A stretch of DNA of 64,000 bases from an uncultured Actinomycetota bacterium (GTDB lineage Bacteria > Actinomycetota > Actinomycetes > JACCUZ01), in NCBI GenBank assembly GCA_963726615.1, contig CAVSCX010000003.1, forward strand, positions 292,238 through 356,237, read 5' to 3'. This document shows positions 1 to 10,127 of the stretch, in pieces. The translations under genes were made by a program, and so were the position numbers. The notes under the pieces are model-generated. The model worked only from the letters and a program-made list of their open reading frames with translations, was not told the origin of the DNA and searched no databases. How positions within the stretch are numbered: position 1 is the first letter of the stretch; every line of letters starts with the position of its first letter.

Positions 1-336
1 CAGCAGCACCCACATGAGGTGGCTGAACCCCTCCTTGGCCCCGATCGTCGAGATCACCTCGGTCTCGGGGTCCAGCGAGACGCCGAACTTGCGCTGGTAG
101 AGGGCGGCGACGGCCTGGCGCAGCTTCGGGATGCCGCGGCTGGCGGAGTAGCGGTGGTTGCGGGAGTTGCGCGCGGCCTCGGCGAGCTTCTCGACCGCGA
201 CGGCGGGCGAGGGCAGGTCGGGGTTGCCGAAGCCGAGGTCGATGACGTCGCGTCCGGCCCGCCGCGCCTCCAGCTTGAGCCCGTCGATGATGGTGAAGAC
301 GTACGGCGGCAGGCCCGGGATGCGGCGGAACTCCAT
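1..336 (-). CDS. Pyridoxal-phosphate-dependent class I aminotransferase, N-terminal part (3' end runs off window)
   Basis: Reverse-strand ATG at 336 gives [44 protein letters not shown]..., the characteristic start of class-I/LL-DAP-type aminotransferases. Not captured as a separate ORF in the track. Confidence 0.55.
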   Translation of the reverse strand, partial: MEFRRIPGLPPYVFTIIDGLKLEARRAGRDVIDLGFGNPDLPSPAVAVEKLAEAARNSRNHRYSASRGIPKLRQAVAALYQRKFGVSLDPETEVISTIGAKEGFSHLMWVLL

Positions 337-361
337 GCCCGCCAGGCTAGACCGGTGCCGG

Positions 362-1222
362 CTAGGTGCGGGCGGCGAGGACGGCGTCGTAGAGCGCCTT
401 GCGGGACACCCCGCGCGCGGCGGCGACCTCGGCGGAGGCCTCCTTGAGCCGCGATCCGGCAGCCACCAGCGCCTCCACCGCGGCGACGAGGTCGGCCGGG
501 TCGGCGGCCGGCGGCTCGGCTCCGGCGACCACGACCGTGACCTCGCCACGTACGCCGCCGGCGGCCCACCCGGCGAGCTCGCGCAGCCCGCCGCGGCGGA
601 CCTCCTCGTAGGTCTTGGTCATCTCCCGGCACACCGCCGCCGCCCTGTCGTCGCCCAGGGTGTCGGCCATCGCCGTCAGCGACGCCGCCAGCCGGTGCGG
701 GGCCTCGAAGAAGACCGTCGTCCGCGCCTCGGTGGCCAGCTCGGCCAGGCGCCGGGCCCGCTCCCCCGCCTTGCGCGGCAGGAACCCCTCGAAGCAGAAC
801 CGGTCCACCGGGAGCCCCGACAGCGCCAGGGCGGTGAGCACCGCGGACGGCCCCGGGGCGGCCGTGACCGCGACGCCGGCCGCGACGGCCGCCGCGACCA
901 GGCGGTAGCCCGGGTCCGAGACGGAGGGCATGCCGGCGTCGGTCACCAGCAGCACGCGGCGGCCGGCCAGCAGCGCCTCGACCAGCTCCGGGGTCCGGGC
1001 CGCCTCGTTCTGCTCGTAGTAGGAGACGACCCGCCCGGTCACCGTCACGGCGAGGGCAGCGGCCAGCCGCCGGAGCCGCCGGGTGTCCTCGGCTGCGACC
1101 ACGTCGGCCGAGGCGAGCTCACGGCGCAGCCGCGGGGTGGCGTCGTCGGGGTCGCCGATCGGCGTCCCCGCGAGCACCAGCACGCCGCTCGCACGGTCCG
1201 CACCCTCGGCCACGGGCACCAT
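362..1222 (-). CDS. rsmI: 16S rRNA (cytidine1402-2'-O)-methyltransferase
   Basis: 286 aa. Tetrapyrrole-methylase fold motifs ([34 protein letters not shown]). Divergent from pmt as in mycobacteria. Confidence 0.85.
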   Translation of the reverse strand: MVPVAEGADRASGVLVLAGTPIGDPDDATPRLRRELASADVVAAEDTRRLRRLAAALAVTVTGRVVSYYEQNEAARTPELVEALLAGRRVLLVTDAGMPSVSDPGYRLVAAAVAAGVAVTAAPGPSAVLTALALSGLPVDRFCFEGFLPRKAGERARRLAELATEARTTVFFEAPHRLAASLTAMADTLGDDRAAAVCREMTKTYEEVRRGGLRELAGWAAGGVRGEVTVVVAGAEPPAADPADLVAAVEALVAAGSRLKEASAEVAAARGVSRKALYDAVLAART

Positions 1223-1254
1223 CGTGTCGGACGGCCCGTGCGTACGCTGGCCCG

Positions 1255-2835
1255 GTGCTCCAGCCGACCACCCCGCGGATCGATCGGGCCCGCGCCAGGG
1301 AGCGGCTGGTCCCCCCGATGCCGGCCGACGGCATCTGGGGCTGGCTCGCGCCGCTGCTCGTGGCTGCGGTGGCCGGAGTCCTGCGGTTCTGGCGGCTCGG
1401 CCAGCCCCGCGCGTTCATCTTCGACGAGACCTACTACGCCAAGGACGGCTGGTCGCTGCTGCACTTCGGCGTCGAGCAGAGCTACATCAAGGCGGCGAAG
1501 GACGGCGACCCCGACCCGGCCAACCTGCGGATCCTGGCCGGGAACCTCAAGGGGCTGTGGACCGGCGACCCCTCGTACGTCGTGCACCCGCCAGGCGGCA
1601 AGTGGGTGATCGCGCTGGGCGAGCAGCTGTTCGGCATGACGCCGTTCGGCTGGCGCTTCATGGTTGCGCTGCTCGGCACGCTGGCCGTGCTGATGACCGC
1701 CCGGATCGGGCGGCGCCTGTTCCGCTCGACGCTGCTCGGCTGCGTCGCCGGGCTGCTGCTGACCGTGGACGGCCTGGCGTACGTGCACAGCCGCACCGCC
1801 CTGCTCGACCCGATCCTCATGTTCTGGGCCCTCGCGGCGTTCGGTGCCCTGCTGGTGGACCGGGACCGGGTGCGCGAACGGCTGGCGGCCCGGCTCGACG
1901 ACACCGTGGGGTCGAGGTTCGGTCCCGGGCTCGGGCTCCGGCCGTGGCGGCTGCTGGCCGGGGCCTGCCTCGGGGCGGCCTGCGCGACCAAGTGGAGCGG
2001 GCTGTACTTCGTCGCGGTGTTCGGCGTCATGGTCCTGCTCTGGGACATGGGCGCGCGGCGTACGGCGGGAGTGCGCCGCCCCTGGCTCGGCGCCCTGGTG
2101 CGCGACGCCGCACCCGCCTTCGTCTCCGTGGTGCTCGTCGCCGCAGCCGTCTACCTCGCGTCGTGGACCGGCTGGTTCCTGGGCGGCGACCGCGCGTACC
2201 TGCGGTACTGGGCTGTCGACCACCCCGGGGGGCCGTCATGGCTGCCGGATGCGATGCGCAGCCTGCTGCACTACCACCACGAGGCCTTCGACTTCCACAA
2301 GAACCTGCGGACCCCGCACGACTACCAGTCCAACCCGTGGGGCTGGCTGGTGCTCGCCCGGCCGGTCTCGTACTTCTACGAGGGCCCGACCATGGGCGAG
2401 CAGGGCTGCCTGGTCGACCAGTGCTCCCAAGCGGTCACTGCCCTCGGCAGTCCCGCGGTCTGGTGGGCCGCATGCCTGGCCCTGCCCGTCCTGCTCTTCC
2501 TCTGGGCCGCGCGGCGCGACTGGCGGGCCGGCGCGATCCTCGCGGGCGTGGTGGCCGGCTACCTGCCCTGGTTCTTCTTCCAGGAGCGGACCATCTACTC
2601 CTTCTACGCGGTCGTGTTCGTGCCGTTCCTCGTCCTCGCCGTCACCCAGTGCCTGGGGCTGGTGATCGGCGGCACCGACGCCTCGGCCCGGCGGAGGCAG
2701 TGGGGAGCGGCGTTCGCCGGCGCCTACCTGCTGCTGGCGGTGGCCGACTTCATGTGGCTGCTCCCCGTCCTCTCGGCCGAGGTGATCCCGTACGCCGACT
2801 GGGCACGACGGATGTGGTGGCGGTCCTGGATCTGA
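1255..2835 (+). CDS. pmt: Protein O-mannosyltransferase (dolichyl-phosphate-mannose-protein mannosyltransferase family, GT39)
   Basis: 526 aa polytopic membrane protein. N-terminal [15 protein letters not shown] motif typical of PMT. Conserved synteny next to rsmI. Confidence 0.8.
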   Translation: MLQPTTPRIDRARARERLVPPMPADGIWGWLAPLLVAAVAGVLRFWRLGQPRAFIFDETYYAKDGWSLLHFGVEQSYIKAAKDGDPDPANLRILAGNLKGLWTGDPSYVVHPPGGKWVIALGEQLFGMTPFGWRFMVALLGTLAVLMTARIGRRLFRSTLLGCVAGLLLTVDGLAYVHSRTALLDPILMFWALAAFGALLVDRDRVRERLAARLDDTVGSRFGPGLGLRPWRLLAGACLGAACATKWSGLYFVAVFGVMVLLWDMGARRTAGVRRPWLGALVRDAAPAFVSVVLVAAAVYLASWTGWFLGGDRAYLRYWAVDHPGGPSWLPDAMRSLLHYHHEAFDFHKNLRTPHDYQSNPWGWLVLARPVSYFYEGPTMGEQGCLVDQCSQAVTALGSPAVWWAACLALPVLLFLWAARRDWRAGAILAGVVAGYLPWFFFQERTIYSFYAVVFVPFLVLAVTQCLGLVIGGTDASARRRQWGAAFAGAYLLLAVADFMWLLPVLSAEVIPYADWARRMWWRSWI

Positions 2836-2888
2836 CCGCCGTGGGCCGGTCTGCGGCCGAGCCCGGTCCCCGGAGCTGAGGAGTCGCG

Positions 2889-3899
2889 GTGGCGTCGGAG
2901 AGCAAGCGCACGGTGCTGGTCGCCCTGGTTGCCAACCTGGCGATCGCCGTCGCCAAGCTCGTGGCCGGGCTGCTCAGCGGGTCGAGCGCGATGCTGGCCG
3001 AGGCAGCCCACTCGGTGGCGGACACGCTCAACCAGGTGTTCCTGCTGACCAGCCTGCGGGTCTCCCAGCGCCGGGCCGACCCCGAGCACCCGTTCGGCTA
3101 CGGCAAGGCGCAGTACTTCTGGTCGCTCATCGCGGCGGCAAGCATCTTCGTGGCCGGTGCCGTCTTCTCGGTGTACGAAGGGGTGCACACCCTCCTCTCC
3201 GCCGCCGGTGAGTCCACCGGCGTCCTGGTGTCGCTCGTCGTGCTGGGGGTCGCGTTCCTCGCCGAGGGCACCAGCTGGCTGCGGGCGATCCACCAGCTGC
3301 GCACCGAGGCGGCGGCCGAAGGCCGCACGTTCGCCCAGCACGTGCGGGCCAGCAAGGACCCGAGCGTGACCACCGTGCTGGCGGAGGACAGCGCCGCGCT
3401 CATCGGTCTGCTGCTCGCCGCGGCAGGAATCGGGCTGCACCACCTCACCGGCAGCGCCGTCTGGGACGGGGTCGCGGCGATCCTCATCGGGCTGCTGCTG
3501 GCACTGGTGGCGTTCGTGCTCGGCCACGACGTCGGTGACCTGATCATCGGGGAGTCCGCCGAGCCGGCGATGGTGGTCGACGCGTACGACCGGCTGTGCG
3601 CCTACCCCGAGGTCTCCGAGGTGGTGGAGCTGCTCACGATGCACCTCGGCCCGGCCGAGGTCCTGGTCGCCGTCCGGCTCGACCTGGACGACCGCCTGAC
3701 AGGCGCACACATCGAGGAGTTCAGCAACCGGGCCGACGCCGACCTGCGGACGGCCCACCCGGAGATCACCCAGGTCTTCCTCGACGCGACCCGCCCCGAC
3801 CCCGAGCTGGCCCGCCGGACGGCGGTCCACGTCGAGCGGCTGCGCGAGACCGCCACCCGGTCCCGGCGGGAGGCGGCTGCGCGGTCCCCCTCCGTCTGA
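2889..3899 (+). CDS. Cation diffusion facilitator (CDF) family metal efflux transporter
   Basis: GTG start. 336 aa, 6 TM plus C-terminal cytoplasmic domain. HSVADTLNQ and FGYGKAQYFWSL motifs. Confidence 0.8.
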   Translation: MASESKRTVLVALVANLAIAVAKLVAGLLSGSSAMLAEAAHSVADTLNQVFLLTSLRVSQRRADPEHPFGYGKAQYFWSLIAAASIFVAGAVFSVYEGVHTLLSAAGESTGVLVSLVVLGVAFLAEGTSWLRAIHQLRTEAAAEGRTFAQHVRASKDPSVTTVLAEDSAALIGLLLAAAGIGLHHLTGSAVWDGVAAILIGLLLALVAFVLGHDVGDLIIGESAEPAMVVDAYDRLCAYPEVSEVVELLTMHLGPAEVLVAVRLDLDDRLTGAHIEEFSNRADADLRTAHPEITQVFLDATRPDPELARRTAVHVERLRETATRSRREAAARSPSV

Positions 3900-3917
3900 C
3901 CGCGCGGGGAGGAGGGC

Positions 3918-4370
3918 TCAGGGGGCGTCGACCTCGTCGGCAGCACCGTCCCGCGTCGAGGGGCCCGACCTGCTCCGGGCCACCTGCACGGCGTACGCGG
4001 TCAGGCTGACGGCGGCGACAAGCGCGAGCAGCACCGTCAGCCGGGCGCTGTAGTCGTGGACCAGCAGGGTCTTGCTCGGCGGCTGGGTGCCCTCACGGTG
4101 GATCAGCGGCACGGCGACGACGGTCAGCACCGCGCCGACGACCAGCCCGACCTGCAGGTAGCGGCGCGCACGGGGTGGGACCAGGGTGAGCACCCGGCCC
4201 GCTCCGATCAGGCCCGGTGCGACCAGTCCGTCGTGGATGGCCACCGCCGCCGCCAGCCACAGGGCGATGAACAGCAGGTCCCGCACGGAGTTCTGGCTGA
4301 CCAGGCGCAGCACGCCGTACGCGAGCAGGAGCAGCCCGGCCAGCGCCAGGCCGCGCCGCCAACGGCGCAC
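3918..4370 (-). CDS. Hypothetical small integral membrane protein (4 predicted TM)
   Basis: 150 aa hydrophobic ORF directly downstream of, and abutting, the Moco oxidoreductase gene (stop/start adjacency at 4370/4371). Confidence 0.5.
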   Translation of the reverse strand: MRRWRRGLALAGLLLLAYGVLRLVSQNSVRDLLFIALWLAAAVAIHDGLVAPGLIGAGRVLTLVPPRARRYLQVGLVVGAVLTVVAVPLIHREGTQPPSKTLLVHDYSARLTVLLALVAAVSLTAYAVQVARSRSGPSTRDGAADEVDAP

Positions 4371-5594
4371 TCAGCTCACCTCGATCGTCGTCAGCCACTT
4401 GGTGTTCAGGACCCCGGCCCGGTTGGGAGCGATCAGCCGCAACGGATAGCCGTGGTCGATGTTCAGCCGCTGCCCGTTGATGTGGGTGGCGAGCAACGCC
4501 TCGGACAGCTGTGGCCCGGCGAGCTCGCTGCTGCGGAACGCGCCTCGAGTCTGCATCGAGACAAGCCGGACCCGCGACCCGTCGTCGCCACCGGCCCGGC
4601 GGACGACGTCGAGCAGCCGGACGCCCCGCCAGTCCGCACCGACGGACCAGCCTTCGACGCAGGCGATCGGGAGGCTGGCCTCGGCCTGCGACATCGCCTC
4701 GACCTCGTCCAGCTCGAGCCGGTACGGGCGGTCGCCGACGACCTCCAGCGACCAGCCCCCGGCCTCGACGGCCTGGACGACCCCGGCCTGCAGAGCGGTG
4801 CGGTTGACGGGCACGCCCTGGGGTCCATCGCCGGGGTCGCGGGGGGCGAGCAGCCCGAGCGGGCGCAGCGGGGTGAGCGTCTGCCCGACCGTGGTCACGA
4901 CGACGAGGCCGACACCGACACCGGTTGCCGTGAGCAGCCCTCGCCGGCTGATCGCCGGCGTCGGCGGGGGCGGGACCGTGCCGGCGTTGCTGTGCGAGGC
5001 CGGGTTCTCGCTCCACGGGACCTCGGTGAGCACGTCGGCGTCGGCCACCTTGGCGCGCAGGCCGTAGGCGATGTCGGGGAGCTTCACGGCGATGTGCAGC
5101 AGGATCGAGCCGACGACGACGTAGCCCAGGTAGTGGTGCACGCGCACGAAGTGCCACGGCCACGGGTACCAGGCCAGGACGTTGAAGAAGCCGGTGAACA
5201 GCTGCAGCAGCGAGGACCCGACGAGCACGAACACCGAGAGGCGCTCCAGCCCGTGCTTCACCGACGTCACCGGCGGCCAGCGGAACAGGTTCGGGTAGAC
5301 CGACCAGAGCTTGACCAGCAGCAGCGGGATCGTCGCGATCCCGGTGATGACGTGGGTGCCCTGGGTGACGCGGTAGAGCCACACCGGGCTGGCGGGCTGC
5401 GGCAGCCAGGACCAGGGGTTGTACTGGTAGTGGCTGAGCAGCCCGGTGGCGAAGCAGATCCCGATGCAGATCCCGAGCACCCGGCCGAGCCGGGCCGTCA
5501 CCGCGGTGGACCGCACCGGGCTGGTGAACCGCGGCCAGAACGGCGGCCTGCTGGTCGGCAGCCTGGTCCGTTTCCTGGTCGGAGCCCGGGTCAT
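4371..5594 (-). CDS. Fused MsrQ-like heme-b membrane domain / MsrP (YedY)-like sulfite-oxidase-family molybdopterin oxidoreductase
   Basis: 407 aa. N-terminal ~200 aa polytopic with conserved His pairs (HFVRVHHYLGY, LLHIAV). Internal Tat-like SRRGLLTATGVGVG motif. C-terminal Moco domain (HINGQRLNIDHGYPLRLIAPNRAG). Confidence 0.7.
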   Translation of the reverse strand: MTRAPTRKRTRLPTSRPPFWPRFTSPVRSTAVTARLGRVLGICIGICFATGLLSHYQYNPWSWLPQPASPVWLYRVTQGTHVITGIATIPLLLVKLWSVYPNLFRWPPVTSVKHGLERLSVFVLVGSSLLQLFTGFFNVLAWYPWPWHFVRVHHYLGYVVVGSILLHIAVKLPDIAYGLRAKVADADVLTEVPWSENPASHSNAGTVPPPPTPAISRRGLLTATGVGVGLVVVTTVGQTLTPLRPLGLLAPRDPGDGPQGVPVNRTALQAGVVQAVEAGGWSLEVVGDRPYRLELDEVEAMSQAEASLPIACVEGWSVGADWRGVRLLDVVRRAGGDDGSRVRLVSMQTRGAFRSSELAGPQLSEALLATHINGQRLNIDHGYPLRLIAPNRAGVLNTKWLTTIEVS

Positions 5595-5628
5595 GTCGCG
5601 CCGTCGGACCTGGTCGGGTGCCGCCGGA

Positions 5629-6249
5629 TCACTCGTGCTCGAGGGCTACGAACCACCGGTCCGCCTCCTGCCAGGTCTCGGCCGGCCGCAGGCCGGCCAG
5701 CGCGGCCGCCGGGCCGGCGTCGTGCAGCGCCAGATGGGCCCAGGGGAAATGCCGCGACACCTCACCGCCGCTGACAAGCCGCAGCCGGGTGCGACTGCTG
5801 TGCCCGGCGGGTCCCTCGACCTCCACCAGGGCACGCCCGGACGGCCCGAGCAGCTCGGCGACCCGCCGGAGCAGGACGACCGGCAGCCCGCCGATACCGA
5901 TGTTCCCGTCGACGAGCAGCACCGTGTCCCACCGGCCCGCACGAGGCACCGGTCCGAACACGGAGCACCGGCTGGCGACGGCCCCGGCCGCGCGGGCCAG
6001 CCGGACCGCGTCGCCGTTGACGTCGATGCCGACGGCCGGGACGCCGTTGCGGCGGAGTGCGGCGGCGATGCGACCCGGGCCGCAGCCGACGTCGAGGGTG
6101 GTGCCGGTGCAGCGCCCGAGCAGGCCCGTGTCCCCGGGCCGCAGCGGCCCGCGCCAGGTCTCGACCGGGACCGGCACCCGCCGGCCGTCGGGGTACTCGG
6201 CCTCCAGCGGGGCACCGTTGCGCAACGCACCGGAGTACAGCCGGCCCAT
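5629..6249 (-). CDS. Class I SAM-dependent methyltransferase
   Basis: Start taken at the internal ATG that overlaps the upstream stop (ATGA at 6249). LDVGCGPGRIAAAL glycine-rich SAM motif. Confidence 0.7.
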   Translation of the reverse strand: MGRLYSGALRNGAPLEAEYPDGRRVPVPVETWRGPLRPGDTGLLGRCTGTTLDVGCGPGRIAAALRRNGVPAVGIDVNGDAVRLARAAGAVASRCSVFGPVPRAGRWDTVLLVDGNIGIGGLPVVLLRRVAELLGPSGRALVEVEGPAGHSSRTRLRLVSGGEVSRHFPWAHLALHDAGPAAALAGLRPAETWQEADRWFVALEHE

Positions 6250-6902
6250 CACGCCGCGCCCACCGACAGCCTCCGAACGGCACCCGCGAACGCCGTCCCC
6301 GGGGCCGCCCGTGCCACGGCGACCGCGTCGGCTGCCCGGTCGACGTCCCGCTGCTCCGGCAGCGCGGTCACCCGCAGCCCCTCCTCGCGCAACCTGGCCA
6401 GCTGCTGGGCGCCGGTGTCCCCGCGCGACATCGGGACACCCACCACGTGCTCCGCGCGCGGCCGGCGCAGGCCCATGGCCCACCACCCGCCGTCCTCGGC
6501 CGCGCCGAGCACGGCGTCGGTCCCGTCGCACAGCAGCTGGTCGACCGCGTCGTCCAGGTCGGCGGCGGTGACGTGCGGGGTGTCCATCCCGACCAGAAGG
6601 ACCGGGACCGGCAGGTCGGCGAAGGCACCTGTCATCGCGGCCGCGATCCTCCGGTCCAGCGACCTACCGGCCTGCGGTCGGACCTCCAGTCCCGCCGGCA
6701 GCCAGTCACCGGGCGCACCGTCGAGCACCAGCCGGCAGTGCTGCACCGCCGCGGCGGTCGCAGCGGCGAGAGTGTCGGCGAGGGCGGCCGCCGCGAGCTC
6801 TGCGGCCTGGTGCGGCGTGTACGGCGGCGTCAGCCGGGTCTTGACCCGACCGGCCACCGGACTCTTCGCCAGCACGACGACCTGGGCCCGGCGCGTCCTC
6901 AT
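6249..6902 (-). CDS. DUF2064 / TIGR04282-like nucleotidyl/glycosyl-transferase family protein
   Basis: 217 aa from MRTRRAQVVVLAKSPVAGRVKTRLTPP.... 4-nt ATGA overlaps at both ends (6899-6902 and 6249-6251). Confidence 0.7.
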   Translation of the reverse strand: MRTRRAQVVVLAKSPVAGRVKTRLTPPYTPHQAAELAAAALADTLAAATAAAVQHCRLVLDGAPGDWLPAGLEVRPQAGRSLDRRIAAAMTGAFADLPVPVLLVGMDTPHVTAADLDDAVDQLLCDGTDAVLGAAEDGGWWAMGLRRPRAEHVVGVPMSRGDTGAQQLARLREEGLRVTALPEQRDVDRAADAVAVARAAPGTAFAGAVRRLSVGAA

Positions 6903-7549
6903 CCGGCGAGCACCGCGCGCATGTCGCGCACGGCGCGCAGGTAGCCCGGCACCGTCCCTGTCACCTTCGACCGGCCGACCCTGGGGAGGTAGGTCACCGG
7001 GACCTCCGCCACCCGCCAGCCGGCGGCATGTGCGGCGAGCAGCGTCTGCAGCGGGTAGCCGGAGCGCCGGTCGCTCAGCCCGAGACCCAGCAGGTCCTCG
7101 CGCCGGAAGGCACGCATGGGGCCGAGGTCGCGCAGCGGCAGCCCGGTACGGCGGCGCAGGGTGCGCGCCAACGCCAGGTTGGCGAGCCTGGCCGGCAGCG
7201 GCCAGGCGCGCAGGGAGCGGGTGGTGCGGCGGCCCACGACGAGGTCCGCGGTGCCCTCGAGCACCGGCCCGGCCACGGCGGGCAGCTCCGTCGGGTCGAG
7301 GGTCGCATCGGCGTCCATGACGCACACCACGTCGCTGGTGGCGGCCAGGAGCGCGGCATGGCACGCCGCGCCGTACCCACGCTGCGCGACCTCGACGACG
7401 AGGGCCCCGGCGGCACGGGCCACGTCGGCCGAGCCGTCGGCCGAGCCGTTGTCGGCGACCACCGGCCGGTAGCCCGCCGGCATCCGCCCCAGCACCCACG
7501 GCAGCGCCTCGGCCTCGTCCAGGCACGGGAGAAGGACGTCGACGGTCAC
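6899..7549 (-). CDS. Family 2 glycosyltransferase (DPM1-like)
   Basis: 216 aa. LLPCLDEAEAL...VVADNGSADGSAD...VCVMDADATLDP, a GT2 DxD region. First gene of a three-gene overlapping operon. Confidence 0.75.
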   Translation of the reverse strand: MTVDVLLPCLDEAEALPWVLGRMPAGYRPVVADNGSADGSADVARAAGALVVEVAQRGYGAACHAALLAATSDVVCVMDADATLDPTELPAVAGPVLEGTADLVVGRRTTRSLRAWPLPARLANLALARTLRRRTGLPLRDLGPMRAFRREDLLGLGLSDRRSGYPLQTLLAAHAAGWRVAEVPVTYLPRVGRSKVTGTVPGYLRAVRDMRAVLAG

Positions 7550-7649
7550 GCCTGAACGGTGCCACCTGAGATCAGTCCCAACCCTTACCGATCCGTGACG
7601 CGTGGTCTCGTCCCACCTGCCGGACTGTGTGGTCGCATAGCCTCGCCGG

Positions 7650-8966
7650 ATGCAGGCGGTCGCGGCACCGGCCGGCCGCGCCCGACTGCTCGCGGTCGTC
7701 GGCTGGGCGGTCCCGCTCGCCGTGGCCGTGGTCTGGGGGCACCAGCTGCTCCCCGGAGGGTCGCTGAACGTGCACGCCCCGCCGTTCCAGGGGCACTACC
7801 GGTTCTCCCCTCGGGCCGCCGTCCCCGGCCTGCTCGTCGCCGCCCTCGGCATCCTGCTGCTCCCGGTGCTGGCGCAACGGCTGCCCTGGCGGCTGCTCCC
7901 TCCGCTCGCAGCCGTGGGGGCCGTCGCATGGGCGGTCGCCCTCGCCGTCTGGGACGGGCACCAGAGCCTCGGCGGCACGCTGGGCCGGGCCCACGAGTAC
8001 CTGCCGGCAGTCGCCCGCGTCGGATCCGACCCGGCGGCGTTCCTCGCCGGCTTCTCCGACGCGGTGGCCCACCGGCGGTTGCCCGTGCACGTGAACGGCC
8101 ACCCGCCGCTGATGGTCCTGGTGTTCTGGGCCTGGGAGCGGCTCGGCCTCGCCGGCACGGAGTGGGCGGGCGCGCTCGTCATCGGCGTCGGGGCGTCGGC
8201 GGTGGCGGCACTGCTCGTCACGGTGCGCGCGCTCGGCGACGAGCCCGCCGCCCGGCGGGCGGCGCCGTTCCTCGTGCTCGGACCGTTCGCCATCACCATC
8301 GCGACCAGTGCCGACGCGTTCTTCCTCGGCGTCGGCGCCTGGGCGGCGGCGGCTCTCGCGGTGGGCCTGCGCCGCGGCTCGTGGCCGCTGCTGGGCGTCG
8401 CCGGCCTGCTCGCCGGGGCCCTGCCCTACCTGAGCTACGGCCTGCTGCCGTTCGGGGCGGTGCTCGTCGCTGTCGGCTGGCTCGGCGTACGCGCGCACGG
8501 TCGCCCGGCGGGTGGCCGAGCCGGTCGGGCCGCTCCGCTGCTCGCCGTGGCCCTCGGGCTCGCTGTCGTCCCGGCGGCCATGACGGCGGCCGGGTTCTCC
8601 TGGTTCGAGGGGGCCGCCGCCACCCACCGCGCCTGGTCGCTGGGCAAGGGCGACGACCGGCCCTACCTCTACTCGCTGGTCGCCGACGTCGGGATCCTGG
8701 CGGTCCTGGTGGGGCCGGCGACGGCCGCGGCCGCCACCCGGCGTCCACGGCGCATCCCGGGCCTGCTCGCCGCCGGGGCAGCGGTGGCGCTGCTGGCGCT
8801 GGCGCTCAGCGGCGTCACCCGGTTGGAGGTGGAGCGGATCTGGCTCCCGTTCGCCCCGTGGCTGGTCCTGCTGACCGCCGCGCTGCCCGGCCGGGCCCGG
8901 GGCTGGCTCGCCGCCAACGCCCTGTGCGCGATCCTCTTCCAGGTCCTGGTCCGCGACGTCTGGTGA
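7650..8966 (+). CDS. Polytopic integral membrane protein, possible GT-C-type glycosyl/mannosyltransferase (DUF2029-like)
   Basis: 438 aa, >10 predicted TM. Divergently transcribed from the GT2 operon across a ~100-bp promoter region. Confidence 0.55.
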   Translation: MQAVAAPAGRARLLAVVGWAVPLAVAVVWGHQLLPGGSLNVHAPPFQGHYRFSPRAAVPGLLVAALGILLLPVLAQRLPWRLLPPLAAVGAVAWAVALAVWDGHQSLGGTLGRAHEYLPAVARVGSDPAAFLAGFSDAVAHRRLPVHVNGHPPLMVLVFWAWERLGLAGTEWAGALVIGVGASAVAALLVTVRALGDEPAARRAAPFLVLGPFAITIATSADAFFLGVGAWAAAALAVGLRRGSWPLLGVAGLLAGALPYLSYGLLPFGAVLVAVGWLGVRAHGRPAGGRAGRAAPLLAVALGLAVVPAAMTAAGFSWFEGAAATHRAWSLGKGDDRPYLYSLVADVGILAVLVGPATAAAATRRPRRIPGLLAAGAAVALLALALSGVTRLEVERIWLPFAPWLVLLTAALPGRARGWLAANALCAILFQVLVRDVW

Positions 8967-8996
8967 CGACCGGGTCGGTCCGCCAGGCGGCGCGGG

Positions 8997-10127
8997 TCAG
9001 TCGGCGGCGAGCGGCAGCCGCACCTCGAACCGGCAGCCGGGATGGTGGTTGGCCACCGCGATCACCCCGCGATGCGCCTCGACGATGCCGCGGGCGATGG
9101 CCAGCCCGAAGCCGCCGCCCTGACCGTCCGCCGCCGTGCGCGCGGCACTGCCGCGGAACGCGGACTCGAACAGCCTCGGCAGGTCGTCCTCGGGGATCCC
9201 GCCGCACCCGTCGGCGACAGTGAAGCGGACCAGGTCGTCGCCGGCGCCGCCGGCGCTCACCGCGATCGTCCCGTCGCTGGGGGTGTGCCGGATCGCGTTG
9301 AGCAGCAGGTTGCGCATGACCCGGCCGAACTCGTCCGGGTCCACCCGCACAGGCAGGTCGGACCGCGTCTCGCCCACCAGCCGGACACCCTTGACCCGGG
9401 CCACCGGGTCGGCGCTGGCGAGCGCCTCGGCGAGCAGGTCCCCCGCCGCGACCCGTTCGAGGTGCAGCCGCATCGGCCCCTCGACGCGGGACAGCTCGAA
9501 CAGGTCGGACACCATCTGGGCGAGGCGCTCGACCTCGACGCCGAGCTGCCGGTGGTACCGCTGCACGGTGTCCGGGTCGGTGACGACGCCGTCCTCCAGC
9601 GACTCGACCATGGCCCGCATCCCGGTGAGGGGGGTGCGCAGGTCGTGGCTCATCCCGGCGACGAGCTGCCGGCGGCTGTGCTCGGTGGCCCGGACGACCG
9701 CCTGCGCTCGCTCCAGCCGCAGGTGCGCGTCGTCGAGCGCCCGGGCCACCGTGCCCAGCTCGCCGGTCGGCATCGCCGGCGCACCGCCGTACGCCGGGCC
9801 GCCGACCAGCACCGCCGAGGCGGCCAGCGAGCGGCCGGCGCCGCGCAGCGAGCGCGCCAGCACCAGCGACACCCCTGCCGCCGAGACCACGGCCAGGCCG
9901 CTGACCACGAGCACGACGTGCGAGTCGTGGTCGGACAGGAACATCGCCCTCGTGGTGAGCAGCACGGCACCGGCCACCGTGGCGAGGGCGGCGCAGCTCG
10001 TGACGAGCAGGTGCGCCAGCACCGAGCGTCCGCGCAGCAGCCGCAGCAGCAGCCAGCCGGCTACCAGCGCGGCGACCGCGCAGCCGGCGGTCAGCTGCAC
10101 GACGACGGCGAGGTCGGCCCACGGCAT
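8997..10127 (-). CDS. Sensor histidine kinase (HisKA + HATPase_c)
   Basis: Start at MPWADL... (ATGA overlap with RR stop at 10127). H-box AGMSHDLRTPLT. N/G boxes LLLNAIRHT, GGFGLAIARG. Confidence 0.8.
   Translation of the reverse strand: MPWADLAVVVQLTAGCAVAALVAGWLLLRLLRGRSVLAHLLVTSCAALATVAGAVLLTTRAMFLSDHDSHVVLVVSGLAVVSAAGVSLVLARSLRGAGRSLAASAVLVGGPAYGGAPAMPTGELGTVARALDDAHLRLERAQAVVRATEHSRRQLVAGMSHDLRTPLTGMRAMVESLEDGVVTDPDTVQRYHRQLGVEVERLAQMVSDLFELSRVEGPMRLHLERVAAGDLLAEALASADPVARVKGVRLVGETRSDLPVRVDPDEFGRVMRNLLLNAIRHTPSDGTIAVSAGGAGDDLVRFTVADGCGGIPEDDLPRLFESAFRGSAARTAADGQGGGFGLAIARGIVEAHRGVIAVANHHPGCRFEVRLPLAAD

Noticed and set aside
158-2879. Long + strand ORFs (158..1609, 1083..2879) overlapping rsmI and pmt
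   Set aside because: Overlapping-frame or antisense ORFs of Arg/Pro/Gly-rich composition, typical GC-rich artefacts. The pmt frame (1255..2835) and the minus-strand rsmI have clear family signatures.
5446-7320. 624-aa + strand ORF and several 150-300-aa ORFs across 5.4-7.5 kb
   Set aside because: Antisense to the well-supported GT2/DUF2064/methyltransferase operon. Low-complexity Ala/Arg/Pro translation.
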